A stretch of 64,000 nt of DNA. Origin: Spirochaetia bacterium (GTDB lineage Bacteria; Spirochaetota; Spirochaetia; DSM-16054; Sediminispirochaetaceae). Made by a program: the position numbers and the translations under genes. The stretch covers positions 205,005 through 269,004 of the forward strand of contig JAXHMY010000008.1 in NCBI GenBank assembly GCA_034520965.1, in the 5' to 3' direction. Positions 29,974 through 39,270 of the stretch are shown in pieces. Within the stretch, counting starts at the first letter, position 1. The number at the start of each line of letters is the position of its first letter. A model generated the notes under the pieces. That model was not told where the DNA came from and made no database searches. It saw only the letters and a program-made list of their open reading frames with translations.

Positions 29974-31043
29974 GAATAAAGCGCATCTAAGCCGGCTACT
30001 AAGCTATCCATCTGTTCATCGGTTCCTATGGTAATACGAACAAACTTTTTAATACCGGAATGATTAAAGTGGCGGACTAAAATTCCTCTCTGTTTTAAAT
30101 CGGAATACAGAGTATGTCCGTCAATTCCTGGAGCAGATGCAAAAATGAAGTTCGCCGATGAGGGCAACACATACCACCCCCGTGTACGAAGCCGGGCGGC
30201 CGTTTTCTCGCGGGTTTCGATTACCCTCTTCTGCATTTTCTCATAGTAGCTTTTATCCTCCAATGCGCGAAGGGCGAGCTGCTGGCTCAAGCGGTTTAAG
30301 GGATAGGAATTAAACGAGTCTTTTACGGTGAAAAGCGTGGCTATGAGATCCGGATTTCCCAGGGCGAAACCGAGTCGTAAACCGGCCAATGAACGGCCTT
30401 TGGAAAAAGTGTGTACCACCAGCAAATTGGGAAACTCACGAACCAGAGCGCTGCAGGAATCGGCACCGAAATCAACATACGCCTCGTCGATTACATACAC
30501 ACGGTCCCTGCGTACCGAGCGCAGAAAGGCGGCGATTTGATCCCGAGAAAGCGCAATTCCCGTAGGAGCATTTGGATTGGGGAAAATGACACCCGAAAAA
30601 GCATCCTGTTCACTGAAACCCGAAAGCTGGACTGAAAAATCTTCGCCCATTGGAATTTTCCGGTATTCCAGGCCGTAATAGGTGCAGTACACCGGGTAGA
30701 AACTGTACGTGTAGGCCGGAAAGAGAACCGGCCCGTTGTGAGGGTCAAAAAAGGCGTAAAAAGCAAACGAGAGAACCTCATCCGATCCATTTCCGACGAA
30801 GACCTCTTCTGCAGTCAGTTGATAGTGCTCGGCTAAAGACTCGCGGAGCTGAGTAGAGCTGGGATCGGGGTAGAGTCTGAGTTCTTCGGCGCTGTATTCC
30901 CTAAGCTGAGACTGGACAGCGGGGGCAGGAGGATACGGGTTCTCATTTGTGTTCAATTTGATATAAGTTTTATCCTGCGGCTGTTCCCCCGGGGTATACG
31001 GGGTCAGTCCGTGGGCTCGTGCTGAAACAAGTGCTGGGTTCAT
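29967..31043 (-). CDS. hisC: Histidinol-phosphate aminotransferase
   Basis: KLNTNENPY, GNGSDE, NPNAPTG, DEAY, TFSKGRSLAGLRLG. Confidence 0.94.
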   Translation of the reverse strand: MNPALVSARAHGLTPYTPGEQPQDKTYIKLNTNENPYPPAPAVQSQLREYSAEELRLYPDPSSTQLRESLAEHYQLTAEEVFVGNGSDEVLSFAFYAFFDPHNGPVLFPAYTYSFYPVYCTYYGLEYRKIPMGEDFSVQLSGFSEQDAFSGVIFPNPNAPTGIALSRDQIAAFLRSVRRDRVYVIDEAYVDFGADSCSALVREFPNLLVVHTFSKGRSLAGLRLGFALGNPDLIATLFTVKDSFNSYPLNRLSQQLALRALEDKSYYEKMQKRVIETREKTAARLRTRGWYVLPSSANFIFASAPGIDGHTLYSDLKQRGILVRHFNHSGIKKFVRITIGTDEQMDSLVAGLDALYSK

Positions 31044-32422
31044 ATAACCTCCTGGATGCCCGAATTGTGATCTGCCTGCAGAAGTGGCCGGATTTCGGCT
31101 ACCATGTAGAATGATCCGGTCACTAGAACCGGTCGTGTGCCCCCGGAGAGCTCTAGGGCCCTTTGAAGGGCAGTGCTCGGGTTGGTAATCAGCTCTGCTG
31201 ATGGAGAAAGCGTGCGAAATACCTTTGCCACCTCCTCCGGGGAGTTCGGTTTAAAGGTTCCGGGTTGTGAAATAATAATATCACTAAAGGCTTCAGTGAT
31301 AGCTTCGGCCATCCCGATGGTATTTTTGCCCTCTACCGAGCCGAAAATACATATGCCCTGTGAGCCGTATACCTGCTGAAAAGCGGCGATTGTACGTTGT
31401 ATCGATGAAGGGGTATGTGCCCCGTCAAGAATTACCGCAGGGGTGGATCGGCACTTTTCCATCCGTCCCGGCAAGCCGGCGGAAGCTACAGCCTCCAGCA
31501 CGCCGGAATGGCTGGGCGAGGAGAACTGTTCCGGCAGCATCTCCCGTATAACACTGAGAGCCAGTGCAGCATTTTCAGCCTGAACCTCTCCCTGCATTGC
31601 TAAACTTAGTGTGATGCCTTTGTTTTTAGGGCTGCGGGAATCATCCTCCCATTGAAGCTGCAAGCGGGTGCCCAGGGAGTCTACCGTGGCTGAGAACTCC
31701 TGGGGATATTCGGGAAAGTAAAACAATGGGCTCCGGCTCTGCTCCGCCTTTTCCCTGAGTACCCTCAGCGCTTTTTCCCTCTGGGGGGAGACAAACACCG
31801 GTACCCCCGGTTTGATAATTCCAGCCTTTTCGGAAGCGATCTGTTCCAGGGTCGAGCCTAAAATGTCGGTATGTTCCAGCTCTATCGGTGTAATGACCGA
31901 TGCCTGTGGTGTGATTACATTAGTGGCATCCAGGCGCCCTCCGATTCCCGTCTCTATCACCGCATAGCTGCAGCCGGCTTCTATAAACAGGAGAAACGCG
32001 AATAGGGTGAACAATTCAAAAGCCGTCGGTTCGGCCGCACCGGCCAGTACCGTACGGTTAAACTCCGGAAGGGCCTGTTTGATCCGACTGCCGACGGTGA
32101 GGTACATTTCGGTTGGAAAGAAACTGCCGGCCCTGGTGATGCGCTCGCGGTAGTTACTTATGTGGGGTGAACTGTATAAGCCGGTGGGGTAGCCAAGAGC
32201 CTCTAATCCGCGGGCCAGGTATATGGCGGTAGATCCCTTTCCCTTTGAGCCGGCAATATGAATAGTATGCAGCCGGGTATGGGGGCTGCCGAAAAACTCG
32301 AGGAGCTGGTGCATACGATCCAGCCTATATTCTCGGATAGTCTGCTTCTGCTTCTGTTCAAAATTTACAAATGATCCAAAATAGGCAAACAGCTCTTCCG
32401 CCGGGTTACTGGACTCGCTCAC
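31040..32422 (-). CDS. folC: Folylpolyglutamate synthase/dihydrofolate synthase
   Basis: HIAGSKGKGST, SSPH, ETGIGGRLDATN, EKAGIIK, LDGAHT, TGSFY. Confidence 0.93.
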   Translation of the reverse strand: MSESSNPAEELFAYFGSFVNFEQKQKQTIREYRLDRMHQLLEFFGSPHTRLHTIHIAGSKGKGSTAIYLARGLEALGYPTGLYSSPHISNYRERITRAGSFFPTEMYLTVGSRIKQALPEFNRTVLAGAAEPTAFELFTLFAFLLFIEAGCSYAVIETGIGGRLDATNVITPQASVITPIELEHTDILGSTLEQIASEKAGIIKPGVPVFVSPQREKALRVLREKAEQSRSPLFYFPEYPQEFSATVDSLGTRLQLQWEDDSRSPKNKGITLSLAMQGEVQAENAALALSVIREMLPEQFSSPSHSGVLEAVASAGLPGRMEKCRSTPAVILDGAHTPSSIQRTIAAFQQVYGSQGICIFGSVEGKNTIGMAEAITEAFSDIIISQPGTFKPNSPEEVAKVFRTLSPSAELITNPSTALQRALELSGGTRPVLVTGSFYMVAEIRPLLQADHNSGIQEVI

Positions 32423-33736
32423 TCTTCCCTCCGCATCTTAAGGGCATTTCCGTGGGTAATAAAGCCTTCATAGTCGGCAATGCGTACTACGTGCTCTTTT
32501 AACTGTCGATACCCGCTTTTCTCCGCATATACCACCGAGGAGAATTTCATAAAATCGCGGACCGATACAGGAGAGTAGCTCTTGGCCCAGCCGCCGGTAG
32601 GTAATACCGCGTTGGCGCCGGTACTGTAGTTGGCTGCCGAAAAGGGGAGGTGCTTTCCTAATAGGATTTCACCGGCATTGGTGATTTTATTCATAATGTG
32701 AAAGGGTTCACTGGTGTTAATCAGCAGGTGCTCCGGGGCAAAGTGGTTCACAATTTCCACCGCCTCATCGATAGACTCGGTGAGGATAATTCCCCCGTAC
32801 CGGTTAAACACATCCTGCACAAATCCGGCGCGCGGGGCGGAGAGTGACCCGCCTATTTCGGCCACATTGGAGCGGACCTGTTCTGCGAGGGCTGGTGAAT
32901 CCGTTAGCAGTAGAGCACAGGAGTCGGAGCCGTGTTCCGCCTCGACCATTAAATCCAGTGCAATGTTCCAGGCATCTGCCTGTTCGTCGGCAATAATCAT
33001 AGATTCGGAGGGGCCCGCCGGTAGGCCCGCATCGATTTTGGAGGCCAGCAGGCGTTTGGCGGCCGTGACGTAGCTGCTGCCGGGGCCGACTACTTTAAGC
33101 ACCCTCTGGATGCTTTCGGTGCCGTAGGCCAGGGCTGCAATTGCATGAGCACCTCCCACCCGAAAAACTTTTTCTATTCCGATAAGCTTGGCCGCGTACA
33201 GACACGCCGCATCGACACCTCCGTCCGGGTTCGGTGGGGTGACAATTTGAATTGAAGGTACCCCTGCGATTTTTGCGGGCACCGCCAGCATATACAGCAT
33301 CGAAGGAAAACTGCCGCGGCCCCGCGGAACGTACAGTCCGGCCGAATCAATCGGAAGGGCACGTTCCCCGGCTATAAGCCCGGGGTGCAGCTCCTTCATG
33401 TGCATGCTCTCCGGTTTCTGAGACAAGTGGTAGTTCCAAGTGGTGTTAACTGCAAACTCGATGGATTCCCTAAGTTTTTCATCAAGGGCTCGAGCCGCGG
33501 CTTCGAACTCTTCAGGCTGTACCTGCAGAGGGACGGTCCTAAGGTCGGCTTTATCGAAGCGTTGAGTATACTCTAGGAGGGCTTGGTCGCCCTTCAGGCG
33601 CACCTGCTCGAGGATTCTGTGCAATCGAATCCTCCACCTCGGAAATGTCCATTTCCGAGCGCTGGAACATCTTGCTCTTCTGTTCGTCGCTGTATTCTTT
33701 CCATTTTTGTATGTATATCTGCATTTCTCTTTCCAT
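32419..33736 (-). CDS. hisD: Histidinol dehydrogenase-family protein (variant ligands); probable 1-nt sequencing insertion near 33615
   Basis: GLYVPRG, GGAHAIAALAYGTE, AGPSE, APEHL; ORFs 33551-33736 and 32419-33624 join if one base is removed. Confidence 0.8.
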
Positions 33737-33761
33737 TTAGTAGCTATGTAGTAGTAAAAAT

Positions 33762-33790
33762 ACTGTAGTATACCAACCCAAGACAGTCAA
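33762..33790 (-). promoter_or_regulatory. Sigma70-like promoter of hisD-folC-hisC operon
   Basis: Minus strand TTGACT (33790-85) N17 TACAGT (33767-62). Confidence 0.6.
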
Positions 33791-33798
33791 TGTAAGTA

Positions 33799-33936
33799 CA
33801 GCTCATTTTGGATAGTGTAAATTACACTATCCAAAATGAGAATGCCTCCAAACGTTGAGATATATAAAAATTTGCAAAGAAATTGATGCGAATTCTAAAT
33901 TTGGAAGTCAAAAGACTTCCAAATTTAGAATCGCTG
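33799..33936. mobile_element. Family B palindromic MITE-like element (two hairpins) flanked by 9-bp direct repeat ATGTAAGTA
   Basis: Starts CAGC, ends GAATCGCTG; perfect 19-bp IR 33802-33840, perfect 18-bp IR 33892-33931; DR at 33790-33798 and 33937-33945. Confidence 0.75.
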
Positions 33937-34044
33937 ATGTAAGTAGTACTAGTTTTATTACCACGCTTCGAACCATCTGCAACTGCAGCCGGTTTTGAAG
34001 TTGAAACCCTTGAAAAAAGGGCTGATTTTGCCGAGTATTTTGGA

Positions 34045-34827
34045 ATGAATATCCAAGGCATCCCGATGGGTTTGTTTAAAACCCCTTGTCCCTATATTGA
34101 TGGACTCACATTTGAGAGTGAAACCATTGTTGTACGCGAGATCGACACTGAAGGCTTGAATTTTCTGCTTTCAATCGGTTTTCGGCATTTTGGAGAACAT
34201 TTTTTTCGGCCCCTGTGCAGTGAATGCAGCCAATGCATTCCAATACGCATTCCGGTAAAAGAGTTCACCTTCAACCGCAGCTTCAGACGCGTGCTGCGGA
34301 AGAACCGTCATCTGAGGTTTGTACTGAGTGACCTTGAGCCTACTGCAGAAAAGTACGAGCTGTACTGTGCCCACTCCGGACGTTTCGAGCAGAACGGAGA
34401 GCCCAGCTATGAGGACTTTAAACACTCCTTTTTCGAGAATGCTCCCTTCGGAAAGGAGCTGCAGATATATGAGGGTGAAAAAATGCTGGCAGTGAGTCAT
34501 ATGGATATGAACCCCACTGTGCTCTCTGCAATTTATTGCTATTGGGACCCAAACTACGCCCATTTGAGCCTCGGTACTTATGCGGTGTTGCGGCAGATAG
34601 CGTTAGCGAAGCAGCGGAGAAGTGAATATCTTTATCTTGGGTACTATATACATGAAAATGCCCACATGAACTACAAAGCGAAGTTTAAAAACATTGAAGC
34701 CCTGTTGACTGAATACAACTGGGTTCCTCTTTTAAATGAAGAGCAGCGGCATGTACGCGGGGAAGTGATTGAACACGGCTTTATTGCGCAGACTCGTCTC
34801 GGAACCGACACCGAATCAGGCCAATAA
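34045..34827 (+). CDS. ATE1/Bpt-family aminoacyl-tRNA--protein transferase
   Basis: PCPYI, GFRHFGEHFFRPLCSECSQCIPIR, LSAIYCYWDP, SLGTY, YLYLGYYI, MNYK. Confidence 0.88.
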   Translation: MNIQGIPMGLFKTPCPYIDGLTFESETIVVREIDTEGLNFLLSIGFRHFGEHFFRPLCSECSQCIPIRIPVKEFTFNRSFRRVLRKNRHLRFVLSDLEPTAEKYELYCAHSGRFEQNGEPSYEDFKHSFFENAPFGKELQIYEGEKMLAVSHMDMNPTVLSAIYCYWDPNYAHLSLGTYAVLRQIALAKQRRSEYLYLGYYIHENAHMNYKAKFKNIEALLTEYNWVPLLNEEQRHVRGEVIEHGFIAQTRLGTDTESGQ

Positions 34828-34837
34828 CAATCGACCG

Positions 34838-34887
34838 CAGGAATTCTCATTTTGGAAGACTTTTGACTTCCAAAATGAGAATCACTG
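34838..34887. mobile_element. Family B minimal element (single hairpin), no flanking direct repeat
   Basis: CAGGA-ATTCTCATTTTGGAAGAC-TTTT-GACTTCCAAAATGAGAAT-CACTG; arms near-identical to 23763-23802. Confidence 0.7.
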
Positions 34888-34900
34888 TTTCAAGTTTCAC

Positions 34901-34929
34901 TTGTGTTCTATGGGTCCATCCGCTATAGT
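34901..34929 (+). promoter_or_regulatory. Sigma70-like promoter candidate
   Basis: TTGTGT N17 TATAGT upstream of AGGAGG SD and ATG 34977. Confidence 0.45.
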
Positions 34930-34976
34930 AGGATTTAAAAGAATAGAAAATGTTCGGATAGACGAAAGGAGGAGCT

Positions 34977-36680
34977 ATGCGGGAAAAAGAAGCACCATGG
35001 AAGTTTTTAGATGCATATAGGGGCAGTCATTTTCAGGGTGAGTGGCCTACACTCCCTGAATTATTTTCCATCACCAGTGAGAGGTTTCCGGAGCGGCGCT
35101 GTTTCAGCATTTACGAGCCGGACAACATCTTTTTGAATTATGGGGAAACCCTGGCGACAATAAAATCGGTTTCAAACCATCTAGTGCATAGTGGTGTGAA
35201 AAAGGGCGACCGCGTAGCGGTGACCGGTAAAAATTCACCTGAATGGGCAATTGCCTACCTCGCGGTTCTCTATGCCGGAGGAGTGGTAGTTCCGATCGAT
35301 TATCAGCTGAGAAACAAGGATATTGCGGCCTTTATTGATTTCTCCGATGCAAAAATAGCCTTCATCGATGAGGAGAAATTCGAGGAAATCGAACAGGAAG
35401 GCAAGGTAAAACTAAAAGAGAAAATTTCACTTGCTCCTGGAAAAGAAAATTATATTCTGAATATAAAGGATCAGGATGCTCCTCCCCGGGAAATGCCCAC
35501 AGAAAATGATTTAGCGGCCATCCTATATACTTCAGGTACAACGGGAAATCAGAAAGGGGTTATGCTGACCCATAAAAACCTTGTAAGCGACTGTTTTCTC
35601 GCCCAGGCGAATATGTCGGTATACCATACCGACGTGTTTTATGCCCTCCTTCCGATCCACCACTCTTATACCATGTTAGCGGTTTTTATCGAAGCTATCT
35701 CGGTTGGAGCGGAAATTGTATTTGCCAAAAAACTGGTGATAAAGCAAATCTTAAAGGACCTGCATGAGGGGCAGGTTACTATGTTCCTCGGCATCCCTAT
35801 GTTGTTCAACAAACTGTTGAAGGGACTGCTGCGGGGAGTCCGTGAAAAGGGTATTGTGGTATACGGGCTTATCCGGGGCTTGATGTACGTGAGCGGTTTT
35901 ATTAAAAAAACCTTTGGAGTGAACCCCGGAAAGAAGATGTTCAAAGGTATTTTGAAGAAGTTGTCCCTCGATACCAACCGAATTTGCATTTGCGGAGGCG
36001 GGCCGCTTCCCTCCTCGACTTTCAGTATGTTTAACCAGCTGGGTATTGATTTTGTGCAGGGCTATGGACTTACCGAAACCTCACCGATTCTAACCCTGAA
36101 TCCGGTGGAACATTATAAAGAGACCTCCGTTGGCAAGGTTATTCCCCAGGCCGAAATGAAGGTGCTTGATCCGGACGAAGAGGGCATCGGAGAATTGATC
36201 GCCCGAGGTCCTATGGTAATGCAGGGCTATTATCATAATGAGGCGGCCACCAAGGAAGTCTTTACCGATGACGGATGGTTTAAAACCGGAGACGTCGGTT
36301 ATCTGGACAGCGAGAATTATCTGTACCTCACCGGTCGCCAGAAGAACCTAATCGTAACCGAGGGCGGAAAAAACGTCTTCCCCGAGGAAATCGAAGATTA
36401 CTTCCAATTGTACGATGAGATCGAACAGATTATGGTCAAGGGATATGTGACCGACGAAAAAATGAAGACCGAAGGAATTGAAGCTTTTGTGTATCCCAAC
36501 TACGAGGCCTTCAGCAACCAGGATATTGAAGCCAGGATCGATGCCATTATAAAAGAGGTGAACCTCGAACTCATGCCGTATAAGCGAATCGAGCGATTTA
36601 AAGTGTTGAATGAACCGATGGAAATGACGACCACCAAGAAAATTAAGCGATTCAAGGTGGACGGGGAGCCTAGTGAGTAG
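34977..36680 (+). CDS. Long-chain fatty acid--CoA ligase (AMP-binding family)
   Basis: YTSGTTGNQKG, QGYGLTETSP, WFKTGD, GKNVFPEEIE. Confidence 0.92.
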   Translation: MREKEAPWKFLDAYRGSHFQGEWPTLPELFSITSERFPERRCFSIYEPDNIFLNYGETLATIKSVSNHLVHSGVKKGDRVAVTGKNSPEWAIAYLAVLYAGGVVVPIDYQLRNKDIAAFIDFSDAKIAFIDEEKFEEIEQEGKVKLKEKISLAPGKENYILNIKDQDAPPREMPTENDLAAILYTSGTTGNQKGVMLTHKNLVSDCFLAQANMSVYHTDVFYALLPIHHSYTMLAVFIEAISVGAEIVFAKKLVIKQILKDLHEGQVTMFLGIPMLFNKLLKGLLRGVREKGIVVYGLIRGLMYVSGFIKKTFGVNPGKKMFKGILKKLSLDTNRICICGGGPLPSSTFSMFNQLGIDFVQGYGLTETSPILTLNPVEHYKETSVGKVIPQAEMKVLDPDEEGIGELIARGPMVMQGYYHNEAATKEVFTDDGWFKTGDVGYLDSENYLYLTGRQKNLIVTEGGKNVFPEEIEDYFQLYDEIEQIMVKGYVTDEKMKTEGIEAFVYPNYEAFSNQDIEARIDAIIKEVNLELMPYKRIERFKVLNEPMEMTTTKKIKRFKVDGEPSE

Positions 36681-37938
36681 TTTTTTTTCTATTAAGAAAA
36701 TAGCCGTATTGGGCTATTTTCGTCGTTTCGATTGCCGCGGAGCGTCATACGAAACTGTTAAAGCGGTCCTTTCGGCCTTACAAAGGAAGGGCGCCGCTGT
36801 TCTTTTTGTTATTCTGTGCATACTTGTGCCGGCCGGAAAGGGCTGGGCCGAGTATCTGCAGTTTGGAGAGGACCTGTTTGTGAACTTGCCGGCCAGCTGG
36901 CAGGTTCAGGGAATTGAAGAGAACAAGTTTTCGGCGGTGAACCAAGCAGAGGAAGCGTATTTTCTGCTTAAACAGCATGCGGGCGGACAGTTTCAGGATG
37001 TCAACCAGATGCATTCTACGGTTGCCGCCGAACTTGGCGCCCGGGTATATGCCGGCAGCAGCTACAGCCATTCCGGGATGGATGCCCACCTCTCACAGGT
37101 GGAGTTCCAGCAACAGGACCGTCGGTTCCAAGGATATTTACTCTGTATTGAATCCCACCGGATCGATGTGGTGGTAGTGGGGTTTGCTCTAAAGGGTAAA
37201 CTTTCCGCTTATCAGGATACCCTTTTCTCGGCGATGGATTCGCTGGCTGTCGGAGACCGCGGTCTGGTCGAGCCGGGACCTATCAGTCAATCGGTATCAC
37301 CCTATCCGGCTCAGGATGTTGAACGCTTTACAATTCAATTTGAGGGCCGTGAGGTTCCACTGGCCTTAAGTAATGCAGCTATTGATGCGACTCAGGATGT
37401 AATTGAACGGGAAGCGAGGGTTTTGTCGGTATACGGGGGAACCGAATATGCAGAAGCCGCCTGGAAACGGTATTACCGGCTTGTGTATCGCGACTTGTTT
37501 GTCCGAAGTCGTCCCCTCTATTCGGCACTGCAGACCTACCTCCCGCCACAGGATCACAGCCCCGAGGAGATTGCCGCCGCCCTGTTAGCATGGGTGCAGG
37601 GGTTTCAGTATGAGCGGCTGGAAAGCTTGTCCGACTGTTTATCCCCCTTACGGGCGGCGGTGGAGAGCCGCGGCGACTGTGATTCCCGGGGGCTGCTGTA
37701 CACGATACTCCTGCACCACTATCAGATTGATGCAATTTTGATGGTATCCTCGGTGTACAAACACAGCATGGCTGCGGTTGCAGTAGACGGTGAGGGAGCT
37801 CGTTTCACTCTCAATGAAAAACGTTATCTGGTTGCCGAGACAACCGACCAGGTTGAGCTTGGATTAATCGACCAAGCCATGTCCAACACCAATGCATGGA
37901 TTGGCATTGATTTCATTAACCCTCGTATAACAGATTAG
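36673..37938 (+). CDS. Exported protein with C-terminal transglutaminase-like (Cys-His) domain
   Basis: Signal h-region AAVLFVILCILV...GWA; GDCDSRGLL, HSMAAV, ETT motifs; GTG start overlaps upstream stop. Confidence 0.7.
   Translation: MSSFFSIKKIAVLGYFRRFDCRGASYETVKAVLSALQRKGAAVLFVILCILVPAGKGWAEYLQFGEDLFVNLPASWQVQGIEENKFSAVNQAEEAYFLLKQHAGGQFQDVNQMHSTVAAELGARVYAGSSYSHSGMDAHLSQVEFQQQDRRFQGYLLCIESHRIDVVVVGFALKGKLSAYQDTLFSAMDSLAVGDRGLVEPGPISQSVSPYPAQDVERFTIQFEGREVPLALSNAAIDATQDVIEREARVLSVYGGTEYAEAAWKRYYRLVYRDLFVRSRPLYSALQTYLPPQDHSPEEIAAALLAWVQGFQYERLESLSDCLSPLRAAVESRGDCDSRGLLYTILLHHYQIDAILMVSSVYKHSMAAVAVDGEGARFTLNEKRYLVAETTDQVELGLIDQAMSNTNAWIGIDFINPRITD
36689..36756 (+). repeat. Family A 68-nt repeat, copy 2 (inside coding frame)
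   Basis: CTATTAAGAAAATAGCCGTATTGGGCTATTTTCGTCGTTTCGATTGCCGCGGAGCGTCATACGAAACT. Confidence 0.92.
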
Positions 37939-37962
37939 AATCACGATAAGGGAGGACTGTCG

Positions 37963-39168
37963 ATGGGCCTGTTAAGCAGAATCCTGGAAGATGAAAAACT
38001 CGCCTTTGAAAATCCGCCCCTTCCGAGTTTAAAAGTTGGAGAAGGAGTTCTTTTTTCAGTTCCCGAGTATCTTCACCAGCAGGGTTTTTCCCGGGTAGCT
38101 CTCATAACCGGGGGGGATTCATATTCTACCGCTGGGTATCGGGAGCAGTTTGAAGAACAACTGAGGGCTGCCGGGATAGAAGCCCCCCGTTTTCCGGTCT
38201 CCGGGGAGCCCTCGCCAATAAAGGTGGACCAGATACGTGATACCGCCGCCGAGCTTCAGGTTGATGCGCTGCTCGCTGTGGGGGGAGGAAGCGTGATCGA
38301 TACTGCCAAGGCGGTAGCCGTCATGCTCCACCATCAGGGAAATGTGCGGGAATACCTGGAGGGAGTGGGAAATCGTACACCGAAACCCCTGCGTCATCCA
38401 TTGATCGCGGTGCCTGCGACCTCCGGCACCGGCTCGGAAGCGACTAAAAATGCGGTTATCAGCGAAGTAGGGGAACAGGGCTTCAAGAAGTCCCTGCGCA
38501 ACGACGCCTATGTGCCGGACATGGCCCTGCTCGATCCGCTGGTAATCAAGAGTTGTCCCTATGATGTGACGGCCGCATCGGGAATGGATGCGATAACCCA
38601 GCTCTTAGAGGCGTATGTGTCCACAAAAGCAACTCCCTTTACCGATGCTCTGGCGTTAAATGGATTGCAGCGCAGCCGCTGGTCGCTCCCGGCTTCCCTC
38701 CGGGATGGGGAAAACTTAAACGCCCGTGGCCAAATGGCCTATGCCGCTTATTTATCCGGAGCTGCCCTGGCGGGAGCCGGCCTGGGGGTGGTTCACGGAT
38801 TAGCCTCTCCCCTGGGAGCACTTCGAAACATACCCCATGGGGTGGTGTGCGGTACCCTGCTTCCGGCGGCTATCGAGCTAGTGGTGGCTAGGTTGTTGAA
38901 AAGCGATACCGAGAGCCGGGGTCTTGCAAAGTACTCCCAAGCGGCAATGGTATTTACCGGGAGTGATCACGGAAGTGCTGAGCACAACTGCCGAGCCCTG
39001 GTGGATGAGCTCTACAGCTGGGTTGAAGAGTTCTCCCTGCCCGTGCTCTCCGATTACGGGTTTACTACTACAGAGTTACGAGACATTGCCGACAGCAGCT
39101 CGGTGAAGGGAACTCCAGTCGAACTTACCCCGGATGAGATATATTCGATTTTAACCCGTCGGCTGTAG
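37963..39168 (+). CDS. Iron-containing alcohol dehydrogenase
   Basis: GGGSVIDTAKA, TSGTGSEATKNAVI, DAITQLLE, HGLA, HGVVC. Confidence 0.93.
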   Translation: MGLLSRILEDEKLAFENPPLPSLKVGEGVLFSVPEYLHQQGFSRVALITGGDSYSTAGYREQFEEQLRAAGIEAPRFPVSGEPSPIKVDQIRDTAAELQVDALLAVGGGSVIDTAKAVAVMLHHQGNVREYLEGVGNRTPKPLRHPLIAVPATSGTGSEATKNAVISEVGEQGFKKSLRNDAYVPDMALLDPLVIKSCPYDVTAASGMDAITQLLEAYVSTKATPFTDALALNGLQRSRWSLPASLRDGENLNARGQMAYAAYLSGAALAGAGLGVVHGLASPLGALRNIPHGVVCGTLLPAAIELVVARLLKSDTESRGLAKYSQAAMVFTGSDHGSAEHNCRALVDELYSWVEEFSLPVLSDYGFTTTELRDIADSSSVKGTPVELTPDEIYSILTRRL

Positions 39169-39181
39169 TTTGATGTCGGTA

Positions 39182-39234
39182 AGTTAGAAGCCTTTTAGTT
39201 AGAAGCTTTTTAGTTAGAAGCTTTTTAGTTAGAA
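39182..39234. repeat. Tandem repeat, 15-bp unit AGTTAGAAGCTTTTT x3.5
   Basis: Units at 39182, 39197, 39212, partial 39227. Confidence 0.9.
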
Positions 39235-39267
39235 AAAGAGCTGCCCAGCATGTGAGCAGCCCCTTTT
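39234..39267. terminator. Possible terminator between convergent ADH and pfp
   Basis: AAAAG-A-GCTGC...GCAGC-CC-CTTTT imperfect stem with A/T tails. Confidence 0.45.
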
Positions 39268-39270
39268 GCA

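Noticed and set aside
33799..34887. Composite transposon carrying the ATE/Bpt-like gene between two family B elements
   Set aside because: Outer flanks (ATGTAAGTA vs TTTCAAGTT) do not match, and the left element has its own complete DR, so the insertions look independent.
39182..39234. Possible CRISPR array
   Set aside because: 15-bp units are contiguous with no spacers and no cas genes; a simple tandem repeat.
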